A DNA stretch of 50,377 bases from contig MU271270.1 in the NCBI GenBank assembly GCA_021432655.1, positions 62,001 to 112,377 of the forward strand, given 5' to 3'. Shown in pieces: positions 34,169-47,653 of this stretch. The notes under the pieces are model-generated. The model made no database searches. It was not told the origin of the DNA and was given only the letters and a program-made list of their open reading frames with translations. Made by a program: the position numbers and the translations under genes. Numbering within the stretch: the first letter of the stretch is position 1; each line of letters begins with the position of its first letter. The DNA comes from Atractiella rhizophila. Lineage: Eukaryota.

Positions 34169-36303
34169 TCACTCAAACATCAAATCTCCTAAGGGCCGTC
34201 CCTTCACTCTTCTGCTCTTGATCCTCTTGAGCTCTACAAACCCATGATCAGCGCTCGACCTCGTTGAAAGGATAGAGAAGGATACGAACCCAAGCATTCT
34301 CGAATCAGCTCGATGCAATCTCTGACCAACAATACCATCGAGGCGCCCCAGAAGTTCCTCAACCAAACCGGCTCGACATCTCTCCAGCTTCCCCTCAATC
34401 TCGATCCCAAGAACTCTCCTTGCAAAGTTCTCCTCAAAGGACCATGATAAGTCTTCCCGATACCAAGTAGTGTTTTGAGCCAACTGATGCCTTGTCCGTG
34501 GAAGGAGCGTGTGGCGATCAAGCGGAGAAAAGAGCCGGCGTAGTTGGAAACGAGGGGGAAGACGAGGGCTCCGACAACTAGACGGCTGAAGGATGTCGTC
34601 TCTGGTATCACGATCTGCCATTCCTCCGGTTCTTCTTCCACCTGCCCTCCTCCTCCCTCGGCTGCTGGTTGAACCTCCTGCTGTGGTGGTGGGGGTGCAG
34701 CGACTTGGTCCAGAGGTCGTGCTTGCGGAGGATGGCGACGTCTTCCATCTCCACCCCTTCGCGGAGCTTCTTCTCCATCCTCCTCTTCCTCTTCGTCGTC
34801 TGTCCAATCCTCCTCTCCCTCCATTTCCAATAAGCCACGATGAACCAATCCCTCGTCCATCTCAATCTGTCTCTCTCGTCTCAACTCTTGTTCATTGTCT
34901 GGATTTAGAAAGTCGATTCGGACTTCCAGCATGCCTCCTTCTCCCACTTGGTCGATTTGTTGCCTGGGCACGACATCAATCCTTTCTCTCCTCCCTCCTC
35001 CTTCCCTTGCACCGGCGGCTCCCAGCAACCATCTTCCAAGATTAGCCCAGGCCCCTTCCCTTTCCCTTTCTCTCTCGCCATCGTCAACTTCCCTCAGCCC
35101 CTCTCCATCCCTATAGACTGCACTCGTCCCAATGTACGCGCTCACAGTATTCAGCACCACCCCGAATGTCCATTTGCGGAGTGCGAAATAGCGTTTTCTG
35201 ATCCATGGGAGGAGGAGGAGAACAAGGTAGGGAGAAGGTGGCCAAGAAATGTCGAGGAGGTTAGAGAAGAGGGAGCTGGGATCTGGTGCGACGGTGATTG
35301 CAAAATATGGTGGATGGGGGAGAGGGGTGGTTTGAATCAGGAGCGAGGGTTGGTAGGAGAGGAAGATGCTAAGTGGAAGCAGTGGGAGGAGGGGATCCGC
35401 GAGCCTGACTCGAGAGCAGATAAGGGCGGGAAGGATGAGGGTGACGTTGAACTGGCCAGAGAGTTTAGTTTTATTTTAGCTTGGGGACGGGCAGTGGAGC
35501 GTACGTAGTGAGCTATCGGCCAAGGAGCATCGGGAGGTAGGATCTCTAAACCGGCTTCCTTCCCAAGGAACATGTAAGTCGCCCACGTCCCATACTTCAA
35601 TAATCCGCTCGCGACACCGACAGCTGTAAAGCCAAACATTCCATATACGCTAACCCGTGCCAGGCGCTTATGGAAGCGTTCAATCGCACGCAAGAGGCTT
35701 GGTTCAGTCTCGACGAGTTCGTACCTTTGCGAATGTGGTCGACGCATCATCAGCGAAGTTCAGAAGGAGGAGAAGAACGCACTCTGTTCCACACGACGGA
35801 CACTTGACCGCCTGACCGATAGGCTCCCGATTTCTTCCCCCTCCTCCCCCAGCACCACCTTGGTTCCCTGCTCCTGCTCCTGCAGCAGCTTCGCCAACCC
35901 CCTGTTGAACGTCATTCAGTGCTCCTTGAACGCCGCCAGCCTCGCGATCCTCCCGTCGTGGATTGGACTGAGCTTGGGCTATCCATCTCAAGAGGCACTA
36001 TCCCATAGCACATGTGTATGGTAGAGAAAAATAACTGTGAAAAGTGCACGAACGTCTTCGTGAGCAAGCAGAGTGCAGGTGCACGGATGGACCCAGCGCC
36101 TCTTCTTCCCGTTGGCTGTGGCAGTGGCTGGGTCACCTTTCACTTCTTCTTCATAGCCTTTCAGTCGAATATCATAGTCCTCAACCCTTTCGTGACGCTT
36201 GAGAGCGAAGAGATGACGAACATATCCAACAGGTCTTCACTGATAAATCGTCCAAAGTCCTCTCTTTACCCCGCCTCGCTCCATTAACTGCTGTAGATGC
36301 CAT
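34169..36303 (-). CDS. RING-CH membrane E3 ubiquitin ligase, MARCH5/MITOL-like
   Basis: KTCWIC|YEEE..RRWVHPCTCTLLAHED|CLLRWI..VKCPSCGTEY; several TM segments; late SRLVVGALVFP and LRNFWGASMVLLVRDC motifs. Confidence 0.85.
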
Positions 36304-36526
36304 GCCCACTGACTCCACCAGTGATGCTCACCACTGCCTTGCCTGGTGTGGATGTGTCTGGTGTGGTGTGTCGGTGGTTGAAAGCGTCCACATCCCGCAT
36401 TCCAACACAATCCCGATCTCACATTTCATCAACTGCACACATCGGGCATAGGTTGTGTGAGTGTAGCTGTATACAGCAGTATATTATCATAAATATCAAG
36501 CAAAGTGACCAGCAAGTGCCTAATCG

Positions 36527-37585
36527 ATGAAGGTCCTGCTCCATCTCCGCTTTCTCACATCCACCAGTTCCATTCCACCCTCTGCGACGCTCTCCTCCAT
36601 CATCCTGCCGCACCTCTCACAAGCGGTCTCCCTTTTTTCCCCATCAGGTTCGTCCCCATACCTCCAGATCCAGCTATCAGGAATATCTCCTGCCACATCC
36701 TTCGACGACATTCATCGATTGTTGTCATTCCTTTATTCCAGGACCATCGCGTTGGTTTATGAGAGACATGGGAGGGAGAAAGCGATGGAGTTGAGCATGG
36801 CGACGGATGTGGTCATTGAAGGTCTCCACGGAGCGACATTGGAGGATGAGGACAAATTCACAACTTCCTTGTCTGTGCACCCCTCCGATCTCTCCACTGC
36901 GTCGACGACACCAGCATCAGGTGAGCATGCAAACTTGTCCCGATGAATAACTGATTGAATGGTCATCTGACACCGTTGGTGGATTTAGAAGAGAGAGAAC
37001 GATTCGACGTCGTAGCGCTGGGAGGGACGTTTGACCACATCCACTCTGGCCACAAGGTCCTGCTCACCCTAGCCGCTTGGCTAGCTCGTGGAGGCAGTCC
37101 TTCTTCGCACCTCATCGTCGGCATAACCGGTTCGTCTGTCCCTTCCTTCCTCCATTCATCAGCTTTGCTTTCTGATTGATCAGAATCTCAATTCGTTGGA
37201 AAATGGTGAATTAGACGACGTCCTCCTAACGAAGAAAACGAACCGATCCCAACTGGGATCCCTCTCCGAACGGACGAAGAGTGTATTAGACTTCTACGCT
37301 CTCGTCTCTCCCTCTCTCCGCATCCTCACTCCAGCCCTTCAAGACATCTATGGTCCGACTTCGTCAGAACCAAACGTGCAGGCCCTTATTTTGACGACGG
37401 AGACGAGGGCGAGTGGAGGTATGATTAATGAGGAGAGGAAGAAGAAAGGATTAGGGACGCTGAGCGTGTGGGTCGTGCAAGTCGTTGGAGAGAGGGGAGA
37501 AGGTGAAGATGAGGCAGGGGTGAAGGGGAAGTTGGGGAGTACGGCTATCAGAGAGTGGTTGGCTTCCAAGGAGTCTCTCGCCTGA
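36527..37585 (+). CDS. CAB4: Phosphopantetheine adenylyltransferase (CAB4-like cytidylyltransferase family)
   Basis: VVALGGTFDHIHSGHKVLLT, LIVGIT, LQDIYGPT, ALILTTETRASGGMINEER, KLGSTAIR. Confidence 0.85.
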
Positions 37586-37741
37586 TAAATGAACGAGGGG
37601 TAGGCGTACTGCAACCGAGTTCATCCGAAGAGATGGATTGTAGATGATTACGGAGAAGATGTACACACAACAGTTCCTCGACTGACCATGTCCTTAGTGC
37701 ATATGCAAAAATGTCCTTTCAATGTACCGCGACTTGTTCCG

Positions 37742-38586
37742 CTATTGAGGTTTTTGTGAGGCTGCGCAGCCTTGGGGAAGAGGAGATGAGGGATCAATGG
37801 GTTGATGCACAACGTATCCAACTGTTCCCATAGCGCGATCAACGGTCAAAATCCTAGCTTCAAGTTGGAAGGGTAAGGACCTTGAAAATACTTGTCGCTG
37901 TTCCGATAAAACTCTTTCCAACCATTCAACGCCTGAACATCCGGTTCGTCAGTCCATCCTCTGCAATGACCTTAGAAACAAAAAGTGTACGCACAGACAG
38001 CTCCTTCTCGTTCAGCCCTCTACGATACAAACCATCAAGGTTAACATAAAAATATGATCAAAATGAAAGACGAAGGAACGGTGCGAACCGCAAATCATGC
38101 GTCTTGTGCTCTTGAAAGCACCCAGTCACGAAAGCTCTCGCGTGGTCTACGCCTGCAAAGTGATTATATGACCCTGCCGAAACTCGAATCAGCCACTCGT
38201 GAATCTGAATACAAGATCAGGTAGAGAAGAAGACCAACCGCCTGGGCCGTAAGTCCTTCGGTTGGCGGAGACGTCGTATACTTCCCCATCCAGCGCGAGA
38301 TAGATTGGTAGAGTGGGGTCGTCGCCGTTAAACCTCTTCAGTTGACGTTCGCTGAAATACTTGAGCTTCTTCTATCACCTCCACACAACAGAAATTTCTC
38401 TCAGCGTCCAACCAATCAAGTTGCTGGGGTAACAGAATGAATACGCACAGGTTGAGGAAAGACGGTACGCCATTGTTTTACCGCGTACTTGGAAGCAACG
38501 CTCCACTCAAACTCGAGCAGCTCGCCTAAGAGATAGGCGCAGATGACTGTCAACAAGGCGTACTTGAAAGAAGTCAGGAATCGCAT
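37742..38586 (-). CDS. Cytochrome b5-like heme/steroid-binding (MAPR/neuferricin-like) protein
   Basis: N-terminal TM, then FSERQLKRFNGDDPTLPIYLALDGEVYDVSANRRTYGPG|GSYNHFAGVDHARAFVTGCF..THDLR|GL..WKEFY..KY..VGYV. Mostly absent from the ORF track. Confidence 0.9.
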
Positions 38587-38669
38587 ATTATTGGATGACA
38601 ATTACACTCTGCACCGCACGTGATTCACCCATGGCCTTTTTCCGTCCGCTTTGGCTGCCTAGCGCTGCC

Positions 38670-38680
38670 AAAAAAAATTT
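38670..38680 (+). promoter_or_regulatory. RRPE-like element (AAAAAAAATTT) upstream of TSR1
   Basis: ~95 nt before the ATG of a ribosome-biogenesis gene; CACGTG at 38617 in the same divergent promoter. Confidence 0.4.
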
Positions 38681-38773
38681 CTGCGAAATCGATCGAGACG
38701 AGAACAAGGGAAGGAGGAGCCTGATAGTCTTAGAAGCAGGCTAGATTAGGACAGATTAGATAGTTGAAGCGAA

Positions 38774-41521
38774 ATGGCAGTGGAAAAAGTGCAGGCGCAC
38801 CATCATCGCCCAACTCTCAAGCAGACCAACAAACCGTTCAAAGGTGGCAGCAAGGGGGCATTGAAAGCCAAAGGTGTGTTAATCACCCTCTCTGATACGC
38901 TGTCATAGATCAGGCGGGTAGAAGAATAATGTGTGCTTTTCCGTGATGATGTAGGGAAAGCAACACGAAATGCTCCTAAGAATTCTCACCTTTCTGCCGC
39001 TGCAGCTTCGAAGCAAGCGCGACGGAACTCTGCGAAGCAACTGCAAGCATCTCGGCGCTCTGAACTCGTAGAGAACTCTCGACTTTTTATCACTTCATCA
39101 TCGGGACAATCTGTGCCCAGGGTTGTTTCTGTGATCGCGTTGTACGACGCGGAGGCTGGGGAGGGATTAAGCTCTTTGGAAGCAGTCAAATTGGTTGTTT
39201 CCCAGTTTGACGATGCGGAAGAAATCGTGCAGAAGCATGAAGAGAGAGAGAGAAAGCAGCTACAGGACAGGAAGCCGATTCATGTTCATATACCGTCGAA
39301 GCATACGGTCCTTCAATTTGTCTTCCCACCATCGCTCAAGTCAGCAGACTCGATCCTCCACACTCTCCTTAACGCATCTGCTGCCGATTTTACTCTCTTC
39401 CTTCTCTCCCCGACGCACGAAGTCTCATCTGTCGGAGAAACCCTCCTGAGAAGTATTCAATCGATGGGTATCAACAATCCAATGGGCGTCGTCGTCCCTC
39501 CACCTTCTTCTGTACCTTCGACGTCTGGATCCTTCGTGGCGAATAACGATATAAAGAGATCATTGTCTTCTTTCCTCTCCTACTTTTTTCCATCTGTGGC
39601 GAGCGAGAGGATACATTCGATCTCGACCCCGTCCGACGTTGCAATGCTAGTACGATCCCTGTGTGAGAAGATGGTGCGACCTTCTCATGTTGGTGTATTG
39701 CATGGGAGTACGAGTTGGAAGGATGGACGCGGCAGAGTAGTCGTCGAGAGTTTGGCGTGGGAGCAGCAAGGAGAGGAAGGAAAAGGTACCCTTAGTCTCA
39801 CGGGTGTGGTGAGGGGTGGGAACTTGAAGGCGGGGAGATTCGGGAGTCTGGGTCAAGAGGGAGAGTACATGATATCCAAGGTACCTGTTCCCTGCTTGCT
39901 GACTCTTTGGCATTCTATTTATCATTGCGGGTGAAGGTGATCGAAACTTCTCGTCTTCTGCCCAAACATCACAAACCGAATGTTGACGCCGAAATGTCAT
40001 CCTCCGAGAACGCCATCCCCCTTTCGACGATAGACGATAATTCAGACGTTGATTCAATAACTTCCACGAATTCTGGCGACCCAGAAGGTTTGGGCGAGCA
40101 AACGTGGCCTACGGAAGAGGAAATTGCTTCTGCACCAGCGAACCAACAAAACAGCGCGAAGAAGCTCACCGTTGGAAAAAGAAAGGTTCCAAAGGGAACA
40201 AGCGAGTATCAAGCTGCGTGGATTGAGAGTGATAGTGAGATGGATGAAGAGGAAGAGGAAGAAGGACAAGGAGAAGTGACCGCACCGCTCGACTTGCTTG
40301 ATGGAAAGGACGAAGGTGCTGGGGCGGAGAGAATGACTGACACGGCTTCTATGATGGATGCGGATGAGGGGGAGATGATGGATGATCAAGAAGAGGCTGA
40401 GGCGACAAAGGAGGACGTGGAAGCGGCTCGCAAGTTGGCAGCGAAGACAGATGCCTCGTTTCCTGATGAGGTGGATACGCCCATGCATATTCCTGCAAGG
40501 GAGAGATTTGCAAAGTATAGGGGTTTGAAGAGCTTTAGAACTAGCGAATGGGATCCTTATGAGGATCTGCCGAAGGATTACGGGAGGTGTTTTGAGGTGG
40601 ATTTAAGACAGTGGAGGAGCTTGAGCACGAAGAATGCAAATGGGAGAGGTGATGTTGGCGCTGCTGAAGGTGCAAAGGTTCGTGCTTTACACTGCTTAAC
40701 TGTGGATCCATTGACGGGTAAGAATAGGAGGGGACAAGAGTTATAGTTCAGCTTAAAGATGTCCCTAGGAGCAGCTATGACAGGCTCCTTCAATCTCCCA
40801 CTCCAATTGTGCTTTGGGCACTCTTCAAGCACGAGCACAAGTTTACTGTTATGAATTGGTCAGTCCAGCGTAACACTGAATACGAAGAGGACGTAAAGTC
40901 GAAGGTGGTTTCATCTCTCCTGTTCTCAAGCTGACGGACCTAAGCCTGGGTACGCAGGATACACTCTACCTCGTTCTCGGACCAAGGATCTTCAAAGTTA
41001 ATCCCATCTTTTCACAAAATAATCCACCTGGCGGAAACAACGTCCATAAATTCGAACGTTTCCTTCGTCACGGTACAGGAGGCGCTGTTGGTACAGCCTA
41101 CCTGCCAATGATCTTCGGGCATGCACCAGCCATCACTCTCCGTCGGGACGACTCAACAGGCGTCTTCTCACTTGTAGGGACAGGAACCGTTCTTGGCCCT
41201 GAACCAGGACGCATCATTGCGAAGCGAGTGATATTGACTGGTTACCCTTTCAAAGTGCACAAGAGAACGGCTACCATTCGGTATATGTTTTTCAATCAAC
41301 CTGATATAGACTACTTCAAGCCGATACAGCTGAGGACAAAGAATGGCAGGACAGGTCATATCAAGGAATCTCTAGGGACGCACGGGCTTTTCAAGGCTGG
41401 CTTTGATGGAACGCTGGATCAGATGGACACTGTGTGTCTGAGCTTGTATAAGAGGTGTTTCCCCAAATGGGGTAAAAGGTGGTGCACTGAGGAGGACACG
41501 AAGGATGTGGAGATGACATAA
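38774..41521 (+). CDS. TSR1: 40S ribosome biogenesis factor TSR1
   Basis: HHHRPTLKQTNKPFK, GEQTWPTEEEI, VPKGTSEYQAAW, FPDEVDTP..ARERFAKYRGLKSFRTSEWDPYE, RIIAKRVILTGYPFKVHK..IKESLGTHG. Confidence 0.96.
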
Positions 41522-41689
41522 CTTGTAATCTGCTGTACTTTGTATTTAGAATGTTTCACTCGAAATACAGTGGCGCTTGAGTACTGTAGACCCAGGTAGA
41601 CACTCTGTCATTGTGACCTTGACCATCAATTGTGTGGAGCAACTTGAAGAATATCCTGACCTCTGAGTCACAGGTGAGTAAACGTGACT

Positions 41690-44600
41690 ATGAACTTCCA
41701 CCGTCTTCCTTTTGAACTTCGAGGACACCTCGTTCGCAATGCCTCATCTTCGATGGGGCGTGAACAAACATACAGCTCGACCATTCTTTTGCCCAGAACT
41801 CCTTTTCCACTGCGAGCTGACGCGGTAAGGAGGGAGAAGCTGTGGTCGAAACAAATTGGCAACGCGCTCTACGAATGGCAGGCAAGCCGTTGTTCCTTCT
41901 ATCCCTTTGCCTCTAGCCCCTTTAACCTGACCCTATTCATATTCATAGTGGAGCCAAAAGGAAAGGCCAGTTTTCATTTTACATGATGGACCACCCTATG
42001 CAAATGGCAACTTACACGCTGGTGCGCTTTAACCTCCCAACGTCTTCAAAACAAGTGTTGAGTGTCACACCATCTAGGACATGGTCTCAACAAAGTTATT
42101 AAAGATATCATCAATAGATATAAAGTCCTGAGAGGTTTTCGTGTGCAGTTAGTCTTTCCATGCTGCAAAAGCTGTTCTTATTCCCAGGAAGCTATGTCCC
42201 AGGATGGGATTGTCACGGTTTACCCATCGAAATGAAGGTATTAGAGTTGATGAAGAAGGTATGCGTAATATTGTTCTCGAAACAAGTTTGAATGTATTGC
42301 AGGCGAAGAAAGATATTTCAGCCCTTTCCGCCATTGAAATCCGGAATGCTGCTCGTGAACACGCACGCCAAAATGTGCAGTTACAGCTGGCAGAATTTAA
42401 AGAGTTGGGAATAATGGTAGACTGGGATAATCGATATCAAACTTACGGTACGCAACAGCTGCAGTGTGCAGAGCTAAATGATCACACAGATCATCATTTC
42501 GAGATTAGTCAACTAAAGGTCTTTCAGAAGATGATCGATAGAGGTATGCACATCGTAAACAGTTGAAAATCACTTACTCCTGAGCAGGTCTTATAACTCG
42601 AGCACGGAAGCCGGTTTATTATTCTCCATCTTCGATGACCGCCCTTGCAGAGTCAGAATTGGAGTACAACGAGACGCACAAATCTCGTTCTGTTTACCTT
42701 GCGTTTCCTGTGGTACAAAGATCTCCAGAACTGTCTGAACGCCTCCAAAACTTCAACGGGCAAGTCTCTTTAGCCATTTGGACAACTACCCCATGGACTA
42801 TCCCAGCTAACATGGTCAGTAAAGTCGCATGAGAACCAAGCTTGAGATCTGATGGAAAGCTTGTAGGCTGTGGCCATTGCCCCTGACTTGGAATACTCTC
42901 TGGTACATCATTCTTCCAAGGGATATCTTGTAGTTGCCAGTTCCCGGATTAACGAACTTCGCACGACATTCTGTGATCCCCTTCCTCTTAAATGCTCTTT
43001 TCCTGGATCCACCCTTCTCGGCAGCCGTTATCGCCCTCCTCTTTCCAACGGAGCCAGGTCTTGCCCGGTCATCTCCAGTCCTTATGTCTCTGCAGATACA
43101 GGCACCGGTCTTGTACATTCCGCTCCTGCTCATGGCTTCGAGGACTGGTCCATTTGTCACGCCGTTATTGCTGAAGATAGCTTGAGCGAAGCATTGCTTA
43201 CCACTGTGACTGACCAGGGTCGTTTCTCAAATTCTCTAAGACAAATTTTACGTCCTGATATCGCGGAAGAACTTAATGGAAGATCTGTGATGGGGGATGG
43301 AGTGAAATCAATCACTAACTACCTGCGCGAAGAATCGTTGATTGCGGAGGTGCCAATAACTCACAAATATCCCTATGATTGGAGGACGAAACAACCCGTT
43401 ATGATCCGGTTCGCATAATTGTTTCTTTTTCTTTTTTCTGACGGGTATTTAGTGTAACTCCTCAATGGTTTGCAAACTTAGAAAGCATCAAGGATCAAGC
43501 ACTGTCTGTTGTAGAGACTGTTCAGTTTACTCCTGAGTCTGGTGCGTGCTCTCCCGTCCAAGTCGAGAAGTATGATGAATCAAATCCGCTAGGGCGAGCT
43601 CGACTTGAGTCGTTTGTCCGGAGTCGAACTGAATGGTGTATCTCTCGTCAACGGGCATGGGGCGTGCCTATTCCCGCTCTTATTAACGCAAGCACGGGCG
43701 AGGCGCTTCTCACATCTCAGTCGATAGCACACATCATCTCCGTCCTCGAGCAGAAAGGATTGGACTACTGGTGGAGTGGTCCTGTGGAAGAATTTGTGCC
43801 TCCGGAGCATCAAGAGCAGACATGGTTAAAGGGGATGGATACGATGGACGTCTGGTTCGACAGTGGAACCTCTTGGACCACAATTCGAGAACTAGTCCTG
43901 CCAAGGAATGAGGCATTGCCTTTGACAGATCTTTATCTCGAAGGCAGCGACCAACATCGAGGATGGTTCCAGTCTTCTCTGCTTACCTCAGTGTCGACAG
44001 AAGGTAAATCACCATACTGTAAGGTTCTGACACATGGATTCGTTCTCGACGGGTCTGGTCAAAAGATGAGCAAATCTTTGGGCAACGTCATCAGCCATCT
44101 AACGGTTATAAATGGAGGCGATGTGAGATATTCGTAAACGAATATGGGATACAGCTGACGTGAATTAACAGAACAAGAAGCAGCTTCCAGCCTATGGTCG
44201 CGATGTCTTCCGTCTCTGGGCTGCCAGCGTAGACTATACCGGGGACGTGCTCATCGGGCCGTCAATCATTGGTCAGGTTTCCGAGAACCTGAAAAAGATC
44301 CGTAACACGTTCCGATTCTTGCTTGGATACGTCACCCCGTATCCCTTACCATTACAGTACGAGCATCATACTCTGGTGCGTTTCCTTGTTCCTTGTGTTT
44401 ATCTTTGCCGGAAAAGCAGTTTCTGAATTCCGACGCAGATGGAAAGTTTCGTGCTGCATGAGATTTGGAAGCTTGAAACGGCATGTTTGAAGCACTATGA
44501 TGATTTCGCTTTTAATAAAGGTACAAGTCCTCCGTCCGTCTTGGCATGATCCCCCATCTTAACATTATTGCAGTTGTGCAAGAAGTCAACCGTTTCGTCA

Positions 44601-45506
44601 ACTCAACACTCTCAGGTTTATACTTCGACTCTGTCAAGGATGTTCTTTATTCCAACGGAGTGTTCGACAATCGACGGCAGACTGTGATAGCCGTTTTCTC
44701 ACAAGTAGGCCAACTTTGCCCACAAAATCTTGTGATTGAGGACTCTCTCTGCAGCTTTTGGAAACGCTCCTGAAAGTGCTCTCTCCAATCCTACCTCACT
44801 TATGCGAAGAAGTACGATACTATCGAGCAGGACATGAATGTGACCCCGACACCGACACTCTTTCCAAGCAATTCCCCGTGTTCTCACATCATTGGGACAG
44901 CCCTGTAAGAGTGATTCATTTTGATCATGCCACGCTGACTCGACCTTTAGAACGCTGCTTGGGAAAACGTCTTAGCTGAACGAGAAATGAACAACTTATT
45001 GAATTACCGGCACATAGTCCATTCGCTTATAGAAGAAGCGAGACAACAGAAGTGAGATTGATTGCTACTCAGTTATCCACGACCATTGTCTAACGGTGGT
45101 TTTGAGGCTTGCTGTCAATGCAACCGAGGTCGAAGCTGAGATTTTGGCGACCGAAAGCGAGGAAGCACATGTGCTCTCCAAACATGGCACGTCAACACTC
45201 TATCTTCTCTCTGACCACCTTTAACATGCTGGGAGCAACAGTTGGTATTTTAGCGCAGTTGTTGATGACTTCTTCGGTGTCACTAGAGGTCTCTCAAGAA
45301 CCAGTCTCCAGAAGATGGGAGCTAGCTAAAAGTGACAATGGTACACTCTTCTTGCACAATGCGAAGGCTTACTGACAAGAACTGAAGGATCCACAATAAA
45401 GATATACCCCTCTCGGTTTCTGAGATGCCACCGGTGTTGGAGACATGATTGCCGTGAAGGAGAAGTTCTTTGTTCCCGATGTGATTCTGTTCTCAGTAAC
45501 AGATGA
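41690..45506 (+). CDS. ISM1: Isoleucine--tRNA ligase, mitochondrial (bacterial-type)
   Basis: [96 protein letters not shown]-terminal CHRCW..CSRC zinc finger. Confidence 0.95.
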
Positions 45507-45732
45507 TAGCGCCGCTCCAAGTCCTGTCCCTATGCACAGCATTGTTTATATGCTATGTTGTCCATCCGTATCATGCTAGACAAAGTAGGAGTGCAACAAA
45601 GCCTCAGGCTTGGCTACGGTAGTACCTGTTACTTGTGCGGTGTCACGAAGCGGCTAATGCCGTAAAAGGCAAGTCGGTTGTGCGACCGCGAAGGTACCCA
45701 ACTGTTGCGAAATCGACGAAAAAGAAGGAAAG

Positions 45733-47653
45733 ATGGCTGAAAAGCTAGAAAGACTCTTTTGTTGCGACTCGCAGAACTGCAGGCAAGACACTCGTGTGGA
45801 TGTTCTAGAGTTCTGCGATGGTAAAAGCTGCATGGGTGAAGATAAAAACGGGTGTTCGGAGTGTGACGATGATGGACAAAAAGGAGTTGGGGGGAGCGGA
45901 TTGGGCAGAGGCAATCCGGAAAACGATAGCGAAAAGGTCATGAGGCAGTTTGTGAGATCTTATCTGCCATTTTACAAGAAAAGCTAATGTTCATGAGTTA
46001 GCTCGAAATCTGTGGGATCTGTAACATCCCCTACGATCCAGCGGCGACCCATTCTCACGAAAACCCTCCATTTCTTCCGCAGAAGCATTGGGATAACCAG
46101 ACTTCGATCACACACTCTCCCATCCCTGTACATGCCTTGCATGGTTCACCAGCGAATAAAGATCAGTATCATTTCGAAGGACAAGGATCAGGTCATGGAC
46201 ATGGACATGATGGGACATTCGGCTGCCATTGGGGGTTCTGCAATCGCCAATTCACCACAATGAATGATTTAGCCTCCCACGTTAATCTCGAGCATCTACA
46301 ACCTGCTCCTGCTCGTATCCCACCCCTCCCACTCAAAACCGAAGACCTGATTCAATTGCCGTCAAGCCAGCATCTAGAGCAACAAAATCAGCAGGATGCT
46401 GTAACGGAGACGAGTCGTGATGACCTTTATTGTCTATGGGATGACTGCCATCGGTTACCTGAAGATCTCTTCGAGATTGACCATACTATGTCAGGACAGG
46501 AGCAATCATTGACTGAAAAACCTAAATCTTTGCTTCTTCAGCATCTCGTTCAGGATCACTTGCAAATGGTCGGTATCCTTCAGCAACATTACCATTCCCA
46601 CAAAATCATCTCTGACTTTATGTGGGATAGGACCCGATCGACCTTCTACAATTTGTCTCAAACCCTTCATTCAGCCTACCAACGGAGCCGCAGATAGGCA
46701 TTTCCCCGGATTCCACCACGAATCAATCCAGCGTCCCTCTGCCTCCATCTGCCTCCTCTTTCTCCCCTCCTCCTGTGCCATTTCCGTCTACCCAACCTCA
46801 TCTCTATCCGACATCTACTTCTACTTTGGCATCAACGTCCAAATCGAACGGAAATAGCTCCTCAGATTTGGCTGCCTACCTGCGAGTTCCAGGGCGCGCA
46901 CGTCGTTCCGTCGCCAATTCAAACTCCGGCATCGATGGTGCGCTCATCTGCAAATGGCCAGCTTGTGGATTGGAGTTTGCAACGACAGCATTGTTGATGG
47001 AGCATTTGGGGAAAGATCATATCGGAAGTGGGAAGAAGGAGTATGTCTGTTTGTGGGAGGGGTGCGAACGAGATGAGATTGGAAGAGTTTTCAAGCAGCG
47101 ACAGAAGATCATGCGACATTTGCAGAGCCATACCGGAGATAGACCTTTTGTGTGTCCTTTTCGCTTCTATTTACCTCAATTCTCATTTTTCTGATCAGGT
47201 TTGTGATGAATGTGGAAAAGCTTTCACTGAAGCTACGACATTGCAACAAGTACGAGCCCTCCGTGGTTTGTTGTAGACGTTTGCATGCTGACGAATCCAT
47301 TATAACAGCACAAGCGGACGCACACTAAAGAGAAGCCTTTCGTCTGCACTCATCCAGATTGTGGCAAATCCTTCGCTCTAGCTTCAGCCCTCACGATCCA
47401 CATGCGCACCCATACAGGCGACAAACCATTCACCTGCCCTCAATGCGATACCTCTTTTGCTGAATCCTCTAACCTCTCGAAACACATGAAGATTCATCGG
47501 ACGGAGAAAGAGTACGTTTGTCCATTTCCGAACTGTCAGAAGAAATTTGGCAGATCGGACCAGTTGGCGAGGCATAAGAGGACACATTTAAAATCGGAGT
47601 CGCGAGCGGCAGAGAGTGAAGGAGCATTGGCTGCGACGCTACCGCAGGTGTAG
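45733..47653 (+). CDS. Multi-C2H2 zinc-finger transcription factor, Zap1/ZafA-like (zinc-responsive)
   Basis: Cys/His-rich N-terminus; tandem CWCH2-type fingers (CHWGFC, CLWDDC, CKWPAC, CLWEGC..FKQRQKIMRHLQSHTGDRPF) followed by linked C2H2 fingers. Introns include ~45952-46001 and 46569-46630. Confidence 0.8.

Noticed and set aside
46569..46775. Apparent frameshift between ORFs 46137-46697 and 46775-47194
   Set aside because: Resolved by the canonical intron 46569-46630 (GTCGGT..GATAG).
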